A stretch of 63,752 nucleotides of DNA, counting the filler. It is 4 parts of 4 records of this genome, joined end to end, with 100 filler letters (N's around TTAATTAATTAA, not from the genome) between each part and the next. Parts side by side here need not be neighbours in the genome. Positions count along the whole stretch, not along the records: positions 50,404 to 63,752 come from SRR22947727_871; 3 more parts are not named here. One strand, written 5' to 3'. Numbering within the stretch: position 1 is the first letter of the stretch; the number at the start of each line of letters is the position of its first letter. This document shows positions 60,427-63,752 of the stretch, piece by piece. The notes under the pieces were generated by a model. That model searched no databases, had not been told where the DNA came from, and saw only the letters and a list, made by a program, of their open reading frames with translations. The translations under genes were made by a program, and so were the position numbers.

Positions 60427-62214
60427 TCAGGCTCGCTTGGGGCTTAGGTCAATCAATCCAGCCTCATCTGATTTGATGCCCAGGGCTTCAAACAGCGGGG
60501 TCATATCAGCCACTCCGTCCACAGACGGCAGCAGCTGCATCAGTTGTTTGATCGACTCAGCATCAAGCTCGAAATTCACATCCTTAGCATTGACCATCAG
60601 GCTGCGAAGCGCTGCAGCATCAAGCCTCGGGTTCAACGGTTGCCAATCAATCTCACCGTCTCCAATGCTCATGCCAACCCTCTGATGCTCCCTATCAAGA
60701 CTGACCTTTAACCCGGCACGACGCATCAAATCATTGATGGCTTGCCGTTGCTTCGGGGTGTCCTCCTCGTTGGCAAAAGCTAGGAACAGCTCTTTCAATG
60801 CAGCTTGGAATTCCTTTGAATCCACCTCATGCCGCAGACCAGCTAACCGCTGCTGTGCTGTTGTAACCGCTGTTTTCTTGGCCTCCACCTCATCGCGAGC
60901 TTCATTCACTGCCTCTTGAAATAACGGATCGATCATTCCTGTTTTCAACGACTGCTTGAAGACACGGCTTGAATTTTCAAGTTCCTGTTCAGCCAACGCC
61001 AACTGACCTTGGAGCTTCGCGATTGCCTGCTCTTCACGCTTGATCCGAGCATCACGCCCCGTGCCGGCGAGTAGCTGTTGAAGCTGACCCTGCTGCAGGC
61101 GTGCAAGCAGATGTCCGTTTAAGTGATCGAGCCTGTACCCCTTAGCCCCGCACTTGGCGCTGCATCGGGAATAACGGAGCCGCAATGGCTTTCCATCTGG
61201 TCCTTTTCTCGTACCGCTGTAGGTGATGCCCAAGGTGGCGGTGGCACCGCATCCACATCGGGTCAATGTCTGAGCGATATTCCACGTCTGCCCTTTGATG
61301 CCAGAACCGGCGCCATCAGAAGTTCTGCTAGCGCGAGCTGCCAGCACCCCATCAACTTCATCTTTGGGGAGCACTAACGGCAGCAGATCAGGAAACAACG
61401 TTTCCTCTAGCCCCTCATCGATCCGGCGCTGTAATTCCTTCTGGGTGAGATCTTCTCTGCCGTACAAGCGCACAGCACCCCAAACCCGGGGGTCTTTCAA
61501 CAGACGGCGCACCTTGCTACGGGTCCAGGGTCTGGTGTCAGCCAGACCTGGAACTCCTTCTTCATTGAGACGGCTGGCAACGATCTGAGCACCATCGGAT
61601 TGCGCTAACTCAAACACCTTGCGGACGATCGCTGCACGATCAGGATCTAAGACCACCCGATCGCCATCAAAATTGCACCAAGGCGGCATGAACACGCCAA
61701 CGCGATTCAGCTTGTTTTGCGCAAGGTCAGCTGCTGATTGCTTCCATGCAGCGGTGATCCGTTTCGATAAGCGCTTGGAATATTGATGAGCGGCTTCTGC
61801 TTTCAAAGCCAGCATCACGAGCTTGGTGCCGTCTTCCCGAATTGCAGCGCGTGAAAATTCCTGCCCGTCTTCAAGGCTGACGATCGTGACCCCAGCGCGG
61901 ACCAGACCGAGCAGAACATCAGGAAGGCTGTCTAGTGCCTCTTGCCTGCTAAGCCTGTCGATTGCTTCGACTAGCAGGATCGGATCACCACCAAGATTTC
62001 CTGCCTGAGCCATCGCCAAGAATTTGCCGAGGGCACCCTTTGCCACGTTGTCGCCCTTGAAGGCTGATATACCTGCATCGCTCAAGCCGTCATCAATCTG
62101 CAAACCACGAGCTGCACACCAAGAATCTGCAGCGGTTGCTTGACGCTCTAAACCACGACCTTGCTCTACCTGCAAGGCTGAAGAAACACGCTCGTAGCTG
62201 AAGACTCGTGGCAT
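60427..62214 (-). CDS. Large serine recombinase (integrase)
   Basis: YERVSS catalytic Ser, LERQ, DAGISAF, VEAIDRLSR; recombinase domain; CGCG...CSAKC Zn ribbon; coiled coil. Confidence 0.95.
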   Translation of the reverse strand: MPRVFSYERVSSALQVEQGRGLERQATAADSWCAARGLQIDDGLSDAGISAFKGDNVAKGALGKFLAMAQAGNLGGDPILLVEAIDRLSRQEALDSLPDVLLGLVRAGVTIVSLEDGQEFSRAAIREDGTKLVMLALKAEAAHQYSKRLSKRITAAWKQSAADLAQNKLNRVGVFMPPWCNFDGDRVVLDPDRAAIVRKVFELAQSDGAQIVASRLNEEGVPGLADTRPWTRSKVRRLLKDPRVWGAVRLYGREDLTQKELQRRIDEGLEETLFPDLLPLVLPKDEVDGVLAARASRTSDGAGSGIKGQTWNIAQTLTRCGCGATATLGITYSGTRKGPDGKPLRLRYSRCSAKCGAKGYRLDHLNGHLLARLQQGQLQQLLAGTGRDARIKREEQAIAKLQGQLALAEQELENSSRVFKQSLKTGMIDPLFQEAVNEARDEVEAKKTAVTTAQQRLAGLRHEVDSKEFQAALKELFLAFANEEDTPKQRQAINDLMRRAGLKVSLDREHQRVGMSIGDGEIDWQPLNPRLDAAALRSLMVNAKDVNFELDAESIKQLMQLLPSVDGVADMTPLFEALGIKSDEAGLIDLSPKRA

Positions 62215-62864
62215 GCGCACAGGATGACGTAAAACGACCTACTTGCGCAAGAGGGACTGCACCTGTAATCTGCATCACTGGCCCTTCCGCGGTTGGGAAA
62301 ACCAGCTTCACCCTGGCCCTGGCACAAGCACTGGGCACTATTGGGCTTGAAGTGCTCGTGATCTGCTGCGATGACTACTACAGGCACCACTGGCGCCCTC
62401 ACCCACGCTTTGGATTCGACACAGCGGCAGCTATCGACATCGACGCGTTGCGCGCTGAGCTTGATGAGGTCAAGCACCACGCTGCAAGCAGCTTGCGCAC
62501 CTACGACATGGGCACGCGTGATGTAGCGCGCAAACCGCTGAACCAGAGCTACCAGCTTGTCTTGCTCGAAGGAGCCTATGGACCGCAAGAGCTGCTCGAC
62601 GATGGCTCGATCACAGCACTGTTTTATCTCGAAGCACCCTTGCTGCTGCGCATGATTCGACGGCTACGACGAGATCAACAAGAGCGCGGTCGTCATCCAA
62701 TTCAGATCATCCAACACATGCTGATGCACATGATTCCTGGTGAATGGAGTTTTATCCGCCCACTGCGATCGGTCTCGGGGCTTGTCATCACCAACCCACG
62801 CCAGGGACAAGTGGCTGCGATTGCGCTCATCCAGGCCCTGATGACTGAATCATCAGCAAGGTGA
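62208..62864 (+). CDS. udk: Uridine kinase family protein (start codon uncertain or displaced)
   Basis: ICITGPSAVGKTS, DDYYR, FD..AAID, LLEG and RRLRRD..ERG motifs; the only in-frame start is GTG 62208, overlapping the integrase start. Confidence 0.8.
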   Translation: MACAQDDVKRPTCARGTAPVICITGPSAVGKTSFTLALAQALGTIGLEVLVICCDDYYRHHWRPHPRFGFDTAAAIDIDALRAELDEVKHHAASSLRTYDMGTRDVARKPLNQSYQLVLLEGAYGPQELLDDGSITALFYLEAPLLLRMIRRLRRDQQERGRHPIQIIQHMLMHMIPGEWSFIRPLRSVSGLVITNPRQGQVAAIALIQALMTESSAR

Positions 62865-63287
62865 TCACCGACTCATGTGATCGAGCCCGTCGATGCGGAT
62901 CCAACGCACGCAATGTCTGTGCACTGGAAGTGCGACGAGAGCCAGCACAACTTCGAAATAGCAGGTCTCACTCCAGGGGTTGGCGGATTGCCAGCAAGAC
63001 ACACTGCGAGCCAGACGCCTCCGTTTGGCTTGATGAAATGCAGCGAGACCCCAGCCATCCAACCCTGAACGGCGACGCGCCTTCACCTCAACAACCAAAA
63101 TTCGATTGTTCAGGAAAGACTGTTTCAACAAAAGCAGATCAATTTCTCCATACCGACAGCTCCAGTTCTGCTCCAGCAAGCGCCATCCATGACGCAGCAA
63201 GATTTCTTTCGCATAGTGCTCTGCTTGAGCTCCTTGCAGTTGAGAGTGAGGCAACAAGGTATGGCAGTACAACGTGCTCTCAACCAT
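62865..63287 (-). CDS. yraN: YraN family endonuclease-fold protein
   Basis: G..AE...GWRLLEQNWSCRYGEIDL...VVEVKAR motif. Confidence 0.9.
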   Translation of the reverse strand: MVESTLYCHTLLPHSQLQGAQAEHYAKEILLRHGWRLLEQNWSCRYGEIDLLLLKQSFLNNRILVVEVKARRRSGLDGWGLAAFHQAKRRRLARSVSCWQSANPWSETCYFEVVLALVALPVHRHCVRWIRIDGLDHMSR

Positions 63288-63353
63288 TCCCCCGCTCAGC
63301 ACGATTGAAGGACGGCGCTTGGGGGCTATAACTCTTCAAAGCTAAATCTTCGT

Positions 63354-63752
63354 ATGCGCATTGCGATTAGTGGCACACATTCACAGGGAAAAAGCACATT
63401 CGTGCACGACTGGATTAAGCGACATCATCACTACATTCGCGAAGAAGAACCTTTTCGAGCGTTACATGATGAGGGTTACGACATTCGCTTTCGCCAAGAA
63501 AGCACAAGACTACATAACGGGATCCAGATGTACTACAACATCAGCAGATTGATGCACTACCAGCAACCAAGTGATTGCATTATTTTTGACCGCTGCCCAG
63601 TAGATTATATCGCCTATTCGCAATACACAGCCAATCACATAACTACCGACATTGATGATCAGTTTGTTGAGTCGTTAGCTGCAAGAGTTCGCGACTCTCT
63701 TCAAAACCTTGACCTGCTGATTTTTTTACCAATAACAAGCGAATGGCCAGTA
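63354..63752 (+). CDS. AAA/NadR-like P-loop ATPase (partial, runs off the window)
   Basis: Own translation: MRIAISGTHSQGKSTF...IFDRCPVDYIAYS; open to the window end. Confidence 0.85.
   Translation, partial: MRIAISGTHSQGKSTFVHDWIKRHHHYIREEEPFRALHDEGYDIRFRQESTRLHNGIQMYYNISRLMHYQQPSDCIIFDRCPVDYIAYSQYTANHITTDIDDQFVESLAARVRDSLQNLDLLIFLPITSEWPV

Larger units (their letters stand above)
50404..62255 (-). mobile_element. Integrated phage-satellite/tycheposon-like element (left end not in the contig)
   Basis: Serine recombinase, primase-helicase with iterons, TerS-like gene, methylase and sigma factor, almost all co-oriented, abutting host genes. Confidence 0.85.

Overview
The window is not one genome. 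It is four unrelated contigs joined by artificial N44-TTAATTAATTAA-N44 linkers. (1) 1-19846: Roseobacter-group alphaproteobacterial housekeeping DNA (coxG, xdhC, zapE, folC, accD, ilvD, sfsA, map, DEAD-box helicase, rsmD, peroxiredoxin). (2) 19947-26631: gene-dense, intron-poor green-algal nuclear DNA (GST, type-B response regulator, NOSIP, chloroplast atpC). (3) 26732-50303: probably a Verrucomicrobia/PVC bacterium (lpxB, GnnA-like dehydrogenase, DASS transporter, FG-GAP/sialidase fusion, dcd, parE, hybrid kinase). It carries a dense 22-bp-unit intergenic repeat family, an autotransporter pseudogene and a small ORF with an in-frame amber codon. (4) 50404-63752: marine picocyanobacterial chromosome (uridine kinase, yraN, AAA ATPase) with an integrated phage-satellite-like element of at least 11.8 kb. 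The element encodes a large serine recombinase, a Prim-Pol/PriCT-2/helicase with an iteron origin, a TerS-like gene, a Zn-finger-fused Dam-type methylase and its own sigma-70 factor. The best novelty candidates are in this element. One is a 51-bp-period array with a constant linker, a constant CA-TTTT-TG loop and variable but self-complementary arms (54325-54582). Another is a cluster of eight different short palindromes, mostly 16-17 bp, behind the integrase (60243-60423). The element also appears to have inserted at the start codon of the host uridine kinase. Taxonomic and family calls come from motif recognition only; no searches were run.
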